Assembly: GCA_964022095.1 (NCBI GenBank)
Contig: CAXHZO010000009.1
Location: forward strand, 16,203 to 80,202
Length of the DNA stretch: 64,000 nt
Direction: 5' to 3'
Source of the DNA: an uncultured Arcobacteraceae bacterium
GTDB lineage: Bacteria > Campylobacterota > Campylobacteria > Campylobacterales > Arcobacteraceae
Shown here: piece after piece, positions 10,495-20,554 of the stretch
Position numbering within the stretch: the stretch's first letter is position 1
Layout: each line of letters begins with the position of its first letter
Notes under the pieces: generated by a model
Databases searched by the model: none
Told to the model about the DNA's origin: nothing
The model's input: the letters and a program-made list of their open reading frames with translations, nothing else
Position numbers and translations under genes: made by a program

Positions 10495-11526
10495 TTAGAA
10501 GTCGTCGAAGTCGATACTACCTTTTGAATAGTTAACAACATTACCTTCAAAGAAATTCGTTCTTTGATCATTAAATGATGCATATCCATCAACCCATGGA
10601 ATAGGGTGTTTTACACCATACTCTGGTTTATATCCTACTGCATCAAGTCTTTTATCTGCTAGGTATTCGATGTATTGTCTAATAATTCCATCTGTGAAAC
10701 CTAAGATTTGACCTTGAGTGATATATGCTCCCCATGAAGCTTCTAAGTCAACTGCTTTTCTAAACATTCCTCTTACAGTCTCTTCTAATTCTGGAGTGAA
10801 TAAATCTGGTCTTTCTTTTCTAGTAGAGTTAATCATGTTTTGGAATAATAGTAAGTGAGTAACTTCATCTCTTTGAATGAATCTAATCATTTGAGATGAA
10901 CCTAACATTTTTCCTGATTTTCCAAGTGCATACATGGCTGCAAATCCAGCATAGAAGTATAAACCTTCTAAGATTTGGTTAGCAAACATTGCTAATAAGA
11001 TTTTAGTATCAGAAATCTCACCATCATCATCACCAGTTAAGTTCTTGTAAGTATCAGCGATGTAAGTATTTTTTTCTCTTAATTTAGCATCTGTTTTCCA
11101 CATATCATAGATTCCATCAGTATTATCAGAGATTGATTCTACCATTACAGCATATGATTTTGAGTGGTTAGCTTCTTCATAAGATTGTCTTGATAAACAG
11201 GCATTAATCTCAGGTGCTGTGATGTATGGATTTATATTGTCCATTAAGTTATTTGTCTGTAATGAATCCATAAAAATAAGTTGAGAAAGTACTAAGTCAT
11301 ACATTCTTTTTTCTGCTGGAGATAAGTATTTGTACTCTTTTGCATCAGCAGTCATTTGTACTTCTTTAGGGAACCATGTATTTGCTTCCATTTGGTCCCA
11401 TAGTCTTAATGCCCATTCATACTTCATTTTAGTGAAGTTAATCATACCATCACTGTTTCCACCAAAAATTCTTCTGTCATTTAATGACTCTTTTGAATCT
11501 GGGTTATATATAAGCTTTCTATCCAT
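10495..11526 (-). CDS. nrdB: Class Ia ribonucleotide reductase beta subunit
   Basis: [44 protein letters not shown]. Confidence 0.96.
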   Translation of the reverse strand: MDRKLIYNPDSKESLNDRRIFGGNSDGMINFTKMKYEWALRLWDQMEANTWFPKEVQMTADAKEYKYLSPAEKRMYDLVLSQLIFMDSLQTNNLMDNINPYITAPEINACLSRQSYEEANHSKSYAVMVESISDNTDGIYDMWKTDAKLREKNTYIADTYKNLTGDDDGEISDTKILLAMFANQILEGLYFYAGFAAMYALGKSGKMLGSSQMIRFIQRDEVTHLLLFQNMINSTRKERPDLFTPELEETVRGMFRKAVDLEASWGAYITQGQILGFTDGIIRQYIEYLADKRLDAVGYKPEYGVKHPIPWVDGYASFNDQRTNFFEGNVVNYSKGSIDFDDF

Positions 11527-11603
11527 TTTAGGAATCCTCTAAGTTTTTATCTAATTTTATAAAATATTTTACTTTTTTTGTATAAAAAAAGTGTTAGGTT
11601 ATC

Positions 11604-13988
11604 TTACTGACAACCACTACACTCCATACTTCTATCTTCAACATCGTTGCTTGCTTCAGGAGATTGACTTCTTAGGTAGTAAGTAGATTTTAAACCTAAC
11701 TTCCATGCTAATGTATAAATCTCATGTAGGTATTTACCACTTGCTTTATCTAAACTCATAAAGATATTTGTAGATTGACCTTGGTCTATCCATTTTTGTC
11801 TAACTGCTGCTGCTTTGATAACTTGTAATTGATCAATTTCAAATGCAGGAGTATAGTAAGACCATGTTTCTGGGCTTAGTTTTGGAACAACTACAGGAAT
11901 AAGTCCTGATAAGTTTTCTTCGAACCATTTTCTTTTATATACAGGCTCAATAGCTTGAGTAGTACCAACTAAAATAGAAATTGATGAAGTAGGAGCAACA
12001 GCCATTAGGTAACCATTTCTCATACCATTTTGTTTAACTTGTTCTCTTAGTGCATCCCAGTCATATCCAGTATCAAATAAGTCTTTATCTACAAGTGCAT
12101 TTACAGCTTGTGGTGCATGGTCATGAGGCATAATTCCTTGTGACCATTTTGAACCTTCAAATGTAGGATAAATTCCTTTTTCTACTGCAAGTTCTGATGA
12201 TGATTTAATTGCATTATATGAAACTGCTTCCATCACTGAATCAATTTTCTTGAAGTGTTCAGTTGATCCCCATGAAAGTTTATAAGATGCTAACATCTCA
12301 GCTTCACCCATAACACCAAGACCAATAGATCTTGATTTTAAGTTTGTAGCTTTTACTTTTCTAAGTGGGTAGAAGTTAAGATCAATAACATTATCTAGCA
12401 TTCTAATAGCTGTTGGTGTAACTCTTTCAATATCTTGTATTGTATGAATTCTTGAAAGGTTAATTGATGCTAAGTTACAAACTGCTGTATCTCCATCAAT
12501 TTTTTGTTTTTCTACAATAAATACTTTTTTTCCACCAATAGAATCAAGTGCAGTTACTTTATTTGCTTTTTTCTCAATCCCACCATCAACTAAGATAATA
12601 TCTTGTTCTTCGTGAGTTGTAATAGAACCATCTTCAAACTCTAATTTGATTAAGTAGTGGTTTGGATTTGTATTTTGGAAAATCTCTGTACATAAGTTTG
12701 AACTTCTAATATGTCCTACATGTGAGTTTGGATTTGCTCTGTTTGCATTATCTTTGAAACATAAGAAAGGACTTCCTGATTCAAAATATGATGTTAAGAT
12801 TTTTTTCCATAAATCTTTTGCTTTGATTCTATCTTTTGTTACATCTGGGTCATGCTCATACTCTTCATATCTAGCTCTAAATGCATCACCATGTAGTTCT
12901 GATAAATCTTTTACTTCAGCAGGATCAAATAGTGTCCAAACACCATCTTCTAGAACTCTTTCCATAAATAAATCAGTAATCCAAAGTGCAGGGAATAAAT
13001 CGTGTGCTCTTCTTCGCTCTTCACCAGAGTTTTTCTTTAAATCAATAAAGTCATTGATATCCATGTGCCATGGCTCTAAATAAACTGCGATTGCACCTTT
13101 TCTTGTACCTAATTGATCAACTGCAATTGCAACATCATTTGCGATTTTAAGAAACGGTACTGTACCACCAGCTGCACTTTTATGGCCATCAATAGATCCA
13201 CCCATAGCTCTAACTTGGTTCCAATCCCAACCAATACCACCACCATACTTAGATAGTAATGACATTTCGTGATAAGTATCGAAAATACCTTCAATATTAT
13301 CAGGAGTTGAACCAATATAACAAGATGATAATTGGTGTCTATTTGTTCTTGCATTTGATAGTGTTGGAGTTGCAAGCATAACTTCAAATTTAGAAACTAC
13401 ATCATAGAACTCTTTTGCTCTTTGTTGTTTATTATCTTCATTTTGAGCTAAGAACATTGCAATAGCCATGAACATTTGTTGTGGTAACTCTATTGGGTTA
13501 CCTTCACTATTTTTGATTAAATATCTATCATATAAAGTTTTAATCCCTAAGTAGTTAAAAAGATAATCTCTGCTTGGATCAATATAATCATTTAAATCAT
13601 CTAAATCAAACCCTTCACCAAGAGCAGGAAGTAATCTTCCAGCTTCTTTTCCGTATCTTAGATAATCTCTTAAATGGCAATATGGCTCACCTTTTATACC
13701 ATGAGTAGCTTTCCCTACTTTGTGATATAAATCATAAACAAATAGTCTTGCTGCAACAAAAGTCCAGTTTGGAACATCGATATCAATTTTTTCAACTGCA
13801 GTTTTTATTAATGCATCTTGAATATCTGAAGAGCTCATCCCATCAATGAATTTAATTTGAGCATCAAGCTCTAATTCACTTTGAGAGACCCCCTCTAAAT
13901 CAGCAGTAGATGCTACTGTCATTTTTTGAATTTTTGTGATATCTAAAAGTTCTTTTCGACCATTTCTTTTTTGAATCATAATTGCCAT
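11604..13988 (-). CDS. nrdA: Class Ia ribonucleotide reductase alpha subunit with N-terminal ATP cone
   Basis: KRNGRKE ATP cone, ATPTLSN, LSSCY, SNLCTEI, CNLASINL, APTSSIS, KSTYYLR, C-terminal CSGC. Confidence 0.97.
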   Translation of the reverse strand: MAIMIQKRNGRKELLDITKIQKMTVASTADLEGVSQSELELDAQIKFIDGMSSSDIQDALIKTAVEKIDIDVPNWTFVAARLFVYDLYHKVGKATHGIKGEPYCHLRDYLRYGKEAGRLLPALGEGFDLDDLNDYIDPSRDYLFNYLGIKTLYDRYLIKNSEGNPIELPQQMFMAIAMFLAQNEDNKQQRAKEFYDVVSKFEVMLATPTLSNARTNRHQLSSCYIGSTPDNIEGIFDTYHEMSLLSKYGGGIGWDWNQVRAMGGSIDGHKSAAGGTVPFLKIANDVAIAVDQLGTRKGAIAVYLEPWHMDINDFIDLKKNSGEERRRAHDLFPALWITDLFMERVLEDGVWTLFDPAEVKDLSELHGDAFRARYEEYEHDPDVTKDRIKAKDLWKKILTSYFESGSPFLCFKDNANRANPNSHVGHIRSSNLCTEIFQNTNPNHYLIKLEFEDGSITTHEEQDIILVDGGIEKKANKVTALDSIGGKKVFIVEKQKIDGDTAVCNLASINLSRIHTIQDIERVTPTAIRMLDNVIDLNFYPLRKVKATNLKSRSIGLGVMGEAEMLASYKLSWGSTEHFKKIDSVMEAVSYNAIKSSSELAVEKGIYPTFEGSKWSQGIMPHDHAPQAVNALVDKDLFDTGYDWDALREQVKQNGMRNGYLMAVAPTSSISILVGTTQAIEPVYKRKWFEENLSGLIPVVVPKLSPETWSYYTPAFEIDQLQVIKAAAVRQKWIDQGQSTNIFMSLDKASGKYLHEIYTLAWKLGLKSTYYLRSQSPEASNDVEDRSMECSGCQ

Positions 13989-14035
13989 TTTATTGCCTTA
14001 TATTTGTTAATATTTTTAAAATCTAATTATTTTAA

Positions 14036-15367
14036 CTATTTGTTAAAAACTCTATTGAAGATTGCATCAACATTTTTAGTGTAATAATCAAAGTTAAAAC
14101 ACTCTCTGATTTGATCTTCACTTAATTTTGCTCTTAAATCTTCATCTGCTAATAGATGTCCTAAATATAAAGACTCTCCATTTTCATTTGTAGTTGGTTT
14201 TCCTTGTTGGATTTCTTCCCAAACTTTCATAGCATTTCTTTGAACGATTTTATATGCATCTTCTCTTGAAACACCAGCTTTTGGAAGTTCTAGTAGTACT
14301 CTTTGAGAGAATACTAAACCACCAGTTTGGTTAAGGTTTTTCATCATGTTTTCTGGCATAACTGTTAAGTTTGCGATTACATTGTTCATTCTATGTAACA
14401 TAAAGTCAGTTGTGATAAATGCATCTGGTAACCAAAATCTCTCAGTTGAAGAATGAGAAATATCTCTTTCGTGCCATAATGCAATATTTTCCATTGCAGG
14501 AGTTGCATATGCTCTGATCATTCTTGCAAGTCCTGTGATATTTTCTGTTAAGATTGGGTTTCTTTTATGAGGCATTGCTGAAGATCCTTTTTGACCTTTT
14601 GCAAAAAACTCTTCTGCTTCATAAACTTCTGTTCTTTGTAAGTGTCTTACTTGAACAGCGAATTTTTCAATTGAAGATGCCATACTTGCTAATGCAGTTG
14701 CAAGTCTTGCATATCTATCTCTATGAACTACTTGGTTTGAACAAGGTTCTGGTTTAAGTCCAAGTTCTGCCATTGCTAATTCTTCAAGTTCTAATGGTGC
14801 GTGAGCAAAATTACCCATAGCTCCAGAGATTTGACCAACAGCGATAACATCCATTGTTTGCTCTAAGTTTAATAAATGTCTAGCCATTTCATCATACCAA
14901 ACTGCTAAAGTTAAACCAAAAGTAATAGGCTCCCCATGAATACCATGTGATCTTCCTACCATTAGAGTTAGTTTATGTTCCTCAGCTCTTTTTTTGATAG
15001 ACTCCATTAGCATTTTTACATCTTCAATTACGATTTCTAAAGAGTCTCTCATTTGTAGTGCAACACCAGTATCAACAGCATCTGATGAAGTCATTCCATA
15101 GTGGAACCATCTTGATTCTTCCCCTAATGACTCTGAAACACTTGTATTAAATGCGATTAAGTCATGTTTTGTAACAGCTTCGATTTCTTCGATTCTTTCA
15201 ACAGAGAAAGTCGCATTTTTTACAATCTTTTCACAATCATCATCAGGAATTAATCCTAATTTATTCCATGCTTTTACAGCTGCTTTTTCTACTTCAAGCC
15301 ATGCTGCATATCTTGCATGTTGTGTCCAATGTTTTGTCATCTCAGGTCTTGCATATCTTTCAACCAT
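14036..15367 (-). CDS. purB: Adenylosuccinate lyase
   Basis: MVERYAR, TKHD, GRSHGIHGEP, GSSAMPHKRNP, WHERDISHSS. Confidence 0.97.
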   Translation of the reverse strand: MVERYARPEMTKHWTQHARYAAWLEVEKAAVKAWNKLGLIPDDDCEKIVKNATFSVERIEEIEAVTKHDLIAFNTSVSESLGEESRWFHYGMTSSDAVDTGVALQMRDSLEIVIEDVKMLMESIKKRAEEHKLTLMVGRSHGIHGEPITFGLTLAVWYDEMARHLLNLEQTMDVIAVGQISGAMGNFAHAPLELEELAMAELGLKPEPCSNQVVHRDRYARLATALASMASSIEKFAVQVRHLQRTEVYEAEEFFAKGQKGSSAMPHKRNPILTENITGLARMIRAYATPAMENIALWHERDISHSSTERFWLPDAFITTDFMLHRMNNVIANLTVMPENMMKNLNQTGGLVFSQRVLLELPKAGVSREDAYKIVQRNAMKVWEEIQQGKPTTNENGESLYLGHLLADEDLRAKLSEDQIRECFNFDYYTKNVDAIFNRVFNK

Positions 15368-15482
15368 TCTTCTAGTCCCTTGTTTTCGTTTTTATCTATA
15401 ATTTTTCATTTTTTAAGTATGATATAGTATCTAAACAAGATAAAAATCTAGATAAAAATAATACTATTTTTTAAACGATTTT

Positions 15483-16409
15483 TTGAAAAAAACTCAGGAT
15501 ACCAATTTGCCGTTCGTTCTAAAGAAATTTAAAGTAATAAAAAATAAAACAATACAGATAAGTCTACTCCAAGATTTAGACCTTGACCGCCGTCAATCCA
15601 GTCGTTTACTTAGTCGTGGAAGAATTTTCAGAAGCGATAATAGTGCTTATAAAATATCAGATATTATTAAAGAAGATTATATTTATATTGCCATATTTGA
15701 AGGGCATACTAGAGGTTTAAAACCACTATTTACAACACCTAATTTTGCTATATTTGACAAGCCTTCAAATTTAGTAATTCATCCAAACTCAAAAAAGACA
15801 AAATATTCACTTTTAGATGAGATAAGATACCACTTTGGAGATAAGGCAAATCAAGCACATAGAATTGATGCTGAAACTTCAGGACTAGTATTAATAGGAA
15901 GAAATGAGAAAGTTACAAACTCACTTGCTACAATGTTTGAAGAAAAAGAGTACAAAAAATCTTATCTTGCAATAGTAAGAGGAGAAATAACACAAGATAT
16001 AACAATTGATAAGAACTTAAAAAAAGAGGGGAAATCAATTGGAGTTAAGATGGCTACATGTGAAAAAGAAGAGGGAAAAAGTTCGATTACAATTATAAAA
16101 CCTCTTAAATATAACCATATAAATAACTTAACTTTAGTAGAAGCTATTCCAATTACAGGAAGACAACATCAAATTAGAATTCATCTTCACTCAATTGGAC
16201 ATACAATATTTGGAGATCCAATTTATGGAGTAAGTGAAGATATAGCACAAAGTTATCTAAACAAAGATTTAAGTGATGAAAATAGATTTGAAGCTAGCGG
16301 ATCTTATAGATTATGGCTTCAAGCAAACTATTTAGAGTTTACATATAAAGGTGTGATTTATAAGATATTTTCAAAAAACAAAGATATATTAGCTCAATTT
16401 GAATCTTGA
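15483..16409 (+). CDS. RluA-family pseudouridine synthase (start may be the TTG at 15507)
   Basis: DKPSNLVIHP, HRIDAETSG catalytic Asp, TGRQHQIRIH, GDPIYG. Confidence 0.92.
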   Translation: MKKTQDTNLPFVLKKFKVIKNKTIQISLLQDLDLDRRQSSRLLSRGRIFRSDNSAYKISDIIKEDYIYIAIFEGHTRGLKPLFTTPNFAIFDKPSNLVIHPNSKKTKYSLLDEIRYHFGDKANQAHRIDAETSGLVLIGRNEKVTNSLATMFEEKEYKKSYLAIVRGEITQDITIDKNLKKEGKSIGVKMATCEKEEGKSSITIIKPLKYNHINNLTLVEAIPITGRQHQIRIHLHSIGHTIFGDPIYGVSEDIAQSYLNKDLSDENRFEASGSYRLWLQANYLEFTYKGVIYKIFSKNKDILAQFES

Positions 16410-18050
16410 TAAATCTTTGCCTTTTGTATCTATAATATGTACCGCACAAGCTAAACAAGGGTCAAAAGAGTGAATAACTTTTAAAACCTCAAGTGGCTTT
16501 GATAAATCTTCAATTTTTAGACCTATTAAAGCTTCTTCATATGCACCTCTTATTCCATCATAGTTTTTAGGAGTTGCGTTCCATGTTGTTGGGGCTATTA
16601 CTTGATAGTTTTTTACTTTTGAGTCTTTTATATTAACACTATGCAGTAAAACACCCCTTGGAACTTCTAAAAAACAACTATCATTTACATCTTTTTTTAA
16701 AGACTCAAACTTATAGCTATTAAAAGTTTGTGTGTCATCATATTTTATATTTTGAATTAAATTTGACATTAGTTTAAAGATATATTCACAAATATATTGG
16801 CTTTCAATTGCCCTTGCTATATTTCTTCCAATAGTACAATTCAAATCTTCTAGTTTTAAATCAACGCTTTGTAAAAACTCATCTACAAAACTATTTATTG
16901 CTGTATCATTATTCTTATAACTAATAAGAATCCTTGCTATTGGACCTGTTTCCATAGTCATATTTTCATATCTAGGTGCTTTTATCCAAGAGTATTTATC
17001 ATTTTCCTTACTTGTCTTTAGGGTTCCATCATCATTTAAATCTGTATAAAATGGCTCTTGAGGATTTTCATCATCATACCAAGCTCTTTGGACTAACTCT
17101 GTGATTTTGGAACTGTCAAACTCTTTTATCACATCTAAATTATCATCAAAAACTACACCACTTGAAAATAGTTTTTTTTCACTAGATATTTCATATCCAC
17201 CAACACACAAATAGTTTCCTAAAGTTTTTCCAACTTTTTCTTTTATCTCATCTTTATAGGCTATTGTTAAAAGCTTCATATCAGGGATATAAGCTCTATT
17301 TATAAACTCACTTGCTTCTTTTATAACAAATAAAAAATCATTTAATCTTTGTGGATTTATCATATCAGCAACACTTGTAACTCCACCAACAACTATTGAT
17401 TGAGGGTGGGGCGTTTTTCCACCAAAAATAGCTATAGCTTTTGATATTTTTGTTTGAAAAGTTAATGCTTCAAAATAATGAGATAGTAAAATCAAGTTTT
17501 CTTCACTACTTAGCTTATAATCACTATGACCAAAATAGTTACTATTAAAAGGTCCTAATTTTCCTGCATCAATAAAGTTTTTTAACTTTTGTAAAATAGT
17601 TTCATAGTGGGAGTGCGAATTTCTAAAAGGATGAGAACTATACTTATGTGCTTCTTTTGAAGTTTGTTTTACATCAGCTTCTAAAGCTTTAGTAACATCT
17701 ATAAAATCAAGTAAATGCAACTGATAAAAGTGTACAACATGGTCTTGAATAAACAAAGCCATACTCATCAAGTCTCTAATTATTTGGGCATTTTTAGGAA
17801 CTTTAATATCATAGGCATTTTCAACTGCACTTACACTTGCTCTAAAATGTGAATTTGTACAAACACCACAAATACGACCAGCAATTAGTCCAATATCCCT
17901 TGGATCTCTATCTTGTAAGATGATTTCAAGTCCACGAAACAACTGCCCACTAGCATATGCTTCTTTAACAATGTTTTGTTCATCTACTTCAACTTCAACT
18001 CTTAAATGACCTTCAATTCTTGTAATTGGATCAATAACTAGCTTTTTCAT
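16389..18050 (-). CDS. [NiFe]-hydrogenase large subunit, group-1-like
   Basis: IDPITRIEGHL, L1 RICGVC, L2 SFDPCLACAVH plus a 15-aa cleavable tail; GAGGA RBS before the ATG at 18050. Confidence 0.95.
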   Translation of the reverse strand: MKKLVIDPITRIEGHLRVEVEVDEQNIVKEAYASGQLFRGLEIILQDRDPRDIGLIAGRICGVCTNSHFRASVSAVENAYDIKVPKNAQIIRDLMSMALFIQDHVVHFYQLHLLDFIDVTKALEADVKQTSKEAHKYSSHPFRNSHSHYETILQKLKNFIDAGKLGPFNSNYFGHSDYKLSSEENLILLSHYFEALTFQTKISKAIAIFGGKTPHPQSIVVGGVTSVADMINPQRLNDFLFVIKEASEFINRAYIPDMKLLTIAYKDEIKEKVGKTLGNYLCVGGYEISSEKKLFSSGVVFDDNLDVIKEFDSSKITELVQRAWYDDENPQEPFYTDLNDDGTLKTSKENDKYSWIKAPRYENMTMETGPIARILISYKNNDTAINSFVDEFLQSVDLKLEDLNCTIGRNIARAIESQYICEYIFKLMSNLIQNIKYDDTQTFNSYKFESLKKDVNDSCFLEVPRGVLLHSVNIKDSKVKNYQVIAPTTWNATPKNYDGIRGAYEEALIGLKIEDLSKPLEVLKVIHSFDPCLACAVHIIDTKGKDLSRFKLS

Positions 18051-18054
18051 TTTA

Positions 18055-20478
18055 TTAATCCTCATCTTCTTTTATATAAACTCTTTCGTTTGCAAACTTA
18101 TCTATAAAGTTCATCTCTGTACAAGCCATACATCCATGACCAGCTTGAACTGGCCAAGAAGTGCCTTCATTAAATTTTGCTAAAGGACAGTTTACATTTG
18201 CATAAGGACCTTTACATCCCATTTGAAATAAACACCATCCATTCTTAGCTCCTTCATCTCCCCATTGCTCTACAAACTCTCCAAGTTCATAATGTCCACG
18301 TCTCTCACAATTATCATGAACTCTTTGAGAATACGCCCATAATGGACGATTTTGTTTATCAAGTGCTGGTAATTCTTCAAACATCATATAAGATAGTAGT
18401 GTTCCAACTATATTTATAGGATTAGTGGGACATCCTGGAAGATTAATAATATCATCTCTATTAAGTGCTTGAGAAACTCCAACTGCACCTGTTGGATTTG
18501 GCTTAGCAGCAACCACTCCACCATCATAAGCGCAACTTCCAACTGCTAAAACTAGTGCTGCATCTTTAGCACAGTTTTGTAAAAGTTCAAGTCCAGTTTG
18601 ACCTTTTGGGCCTATTCTTAAAAACTTGCCATCAAGTCCAAGGGGAATTGCTCCTTCTACTATTAAAATATATTCACCTTTTGAATTTTCTATAATATCT
18701 TCTAAAATTGATTCACTAAAATCTCCACTAGAACTCATAAGTAATTCATGATAATCAAGTGAAATATAATCAAATATTAAATCTTCAATTGCTGGATTTG
18801 CTGATTTGATAAAGGCTTCACTATTTCCACTACAATCTGCAAGCTCTAACCATATAATAGGAATTTTATTTAAGTTTTTCACCCCATCTTCTACTACACT
18901 TTCAAAAGAGGGATGAAGTTTCATACTAGCAGTTACCATAGAAATCCAACTATTTACCTCATCTTTTGCAAGATCTATCATTTTTAAAGCTGCTTCTAGG
19001 TTATTCTCATCAAGTTTATTTTTTGGATGTAGTCTTTTGAACTTCTCTACTCTTTTTTTAGCTTGATCTAACTCTTTTTCTCTTTGTATATCTTCAGGTG
19101 TCTTTCTTTTGATTGTAGGACAAGTTAAACTTTGAGAAGATTCAATAAGCTTTACAACATCATTTTTACATCTACCACAAACGCGTCCTGCTTGAGAATA
19201 CTCTTTTAAAGAAGAAAAAGAATCAATACCACACCTTGCAACTAAATCCTCTAAATCTTTTTCATAAGTATGTTCACAAGCACAAATAAGTCTACCTCTT
19301 TGACCTAATTGTCTATTTTCATATAGATAATTTACATCTATATTTTCACCTTTTTTTATAAGCTCTTCTATATACCCTGTATCAATATTTGAGTTAACTC
19401 CTAAAAATTTAACTAACTTGTCATCTTTTATAAAATATTCATCAACTCTATTATTAGAAGGTGATTCAATTAAAAGTTTTTCAAACTCTTTTGTAAAACT
19501 TGGGGAAGATATTTCAACTAATTCAAAACCTTTTGATTTGAGCATATCTACTGTTACTTCAAGTTCATAAGGGACATCATCTTCATTTAGTATATGTGAT
19601 ATTGCAATATTAGCTTGATTTGTACACTCTTTTACATGACCTGCTGTGAAATTGTATTTTTCAACTTGTGCACACTCTCCAATAGCATATATATCACTCT
19701 CATTAGTTTGCATATACTCATTTACTAAAATTCCTCTATCTATATTTACAAACTCTTTAAAAGCTTTAGCATTTGGTTTTATACCTATACCAAATATCAC
19801 AAAAGGATTTCGAATTGTTAGTTTCTTTGTTTTTAAAACTTTTATCTCGCTATCTTCAATAAGTGAGTTTTTTACATCTATTTCATCATTATATGAGATA
19901 GTTAAATTTTTATTCTCTTTTAAAATATTTTCAATAATCTTTACAGAGTTTGAAGATAAGTATTTACTATATAAATAATTACTTCTAATAAGTAGTGTAA
20001 TACTTTGTTTTAAAGCTAAAGTATTTAAGGTCTCTAATAACTCTAGTGATATTGGACCACTTCCTACTATTACTATATTATTTGTGTTGTAGTATTTCTT
20101 TATCTTTTCACAATCATCAATACTTCTAAACACTGCACTATTTTTAATATTAGAATCAAGTAAAGTTATTGGTGTAGAGCCAGTTGCTATTACTAACTTA
20201 TCATAACTATATACTTCATTATTAGATGTAATAGTTTTATTTTGTTTATCAATTGATTTTATATTTTGATTTAATTTTAGTTGAACTTTATTGTTAAGTT
20301 CTAATTGTATTGAATCTGTATTATCATTTCCATCTATTAAATTACATAAATAGACTCTATCATAAGGAGCTTTTTTTTCATTACTTAGCATAACTATATT
20401 ACAAGAACTATCTCTTGATAAAATAGTATTTGCAAAGTAAGTAGCGGCTATTCCACCACCTATTATTACTATATTCAT
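18055..20478 (-). CDS. Fusion of NirB-like FAD/NAD(P)H oxidoreductase, BFD-like [2Fe-2S] domain and [NiFe]-hydrogenase small subunit
   Basis: N-terminal IIGGGIAA, PYDRV.L, YDKLVIATGS, IYAIGECA. Middle ICACEH...AGRVCGRC. C-terminal WLELADCSGNSE, VGSCAYDGG, LPGCP, HDNCERR, WCLFQMGCKGP..NCP, GHGCMAC. Confidence 0.9.
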   Translation of the reverse strand: MNIVIIGGGIAATYFANTILSRDSSCNIVMLSNEKKAPYDRVYLCNLIDGNDNTDSIQLELNNKVQLKLNQNIKSIDKQNKTITSNNEVYSYDKLVIATGSTPITLLDSNIKNSAVFRSIDDCEKIKKYYNTNNIVIVGSGPISLELLETLNTLALKQSITLLIRSNYLYSKYLSSNSVKIIENILKENKNLTISYNDEIDVKNSLIEDSEIKVLKTKKLTIRNPFVIFGIGIKPNAKAFKEFVNIDRGILVNEYMQTNESDIYAIGECAQVEKYNFTAGHVKECTNQANIAISHILNEDDVPYELEVTVDMLKSKGFELVEISSPSFTKEFEKLLIESPSNNRVDEYFIKDDKLVKFLGVNSNIDTGYIEELIKKGENIDVNYLYENRQLGQRGRLICACEHTYEKDLEDLVARCGIDSFSSLKEYSQAGRVCGRCKNDVVKLIESSQSLTCPTIKRKTPEDIQREKELDQAKKRVEKFKRLHPKNKLDENNLEAALKMIDLAKDEVNSWISMVTASMKLHPSFESVVEDGVKNLNKIPIIWLELADCSGNSEAFIKSANPAIEDLIFDYISLDYHELLMSSSGDFSESILEDIIENSKGEYILIVEGAIPLGLDGKFLRIGPKGQTGLELLQNCAKDAALVLAVGSCAYDGGVVAAKPNPTGAVGVSQALNRDDIINLPGCPTNPINIVGTLLSYMMFEELPALDKQNRPLWAYSQRVHDNCERRGHYELGEFVEQWGDEGAKNGWCLFQMGCKGPYANVNCPLAKFNEGTSWPVQAGHGCMACTEMNFIDKFANERVYIKEDED

Positions 20479-20554
20479 CTTATCTCTTTTTAACTCTTAA
20501 ACCTTATGATTATTATATTACATTCAGGTCTAATATGCAAGATGGTATTATTTA

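Noticed and set aside
12490-12670. Apparent insertion in NrdA between LCTEI and CNLAS, a possible intein
   Set aside because: Only ~60 aa, with no C/S...HN splice motifs or endonuclease; consistent with a lineage-typical loop.
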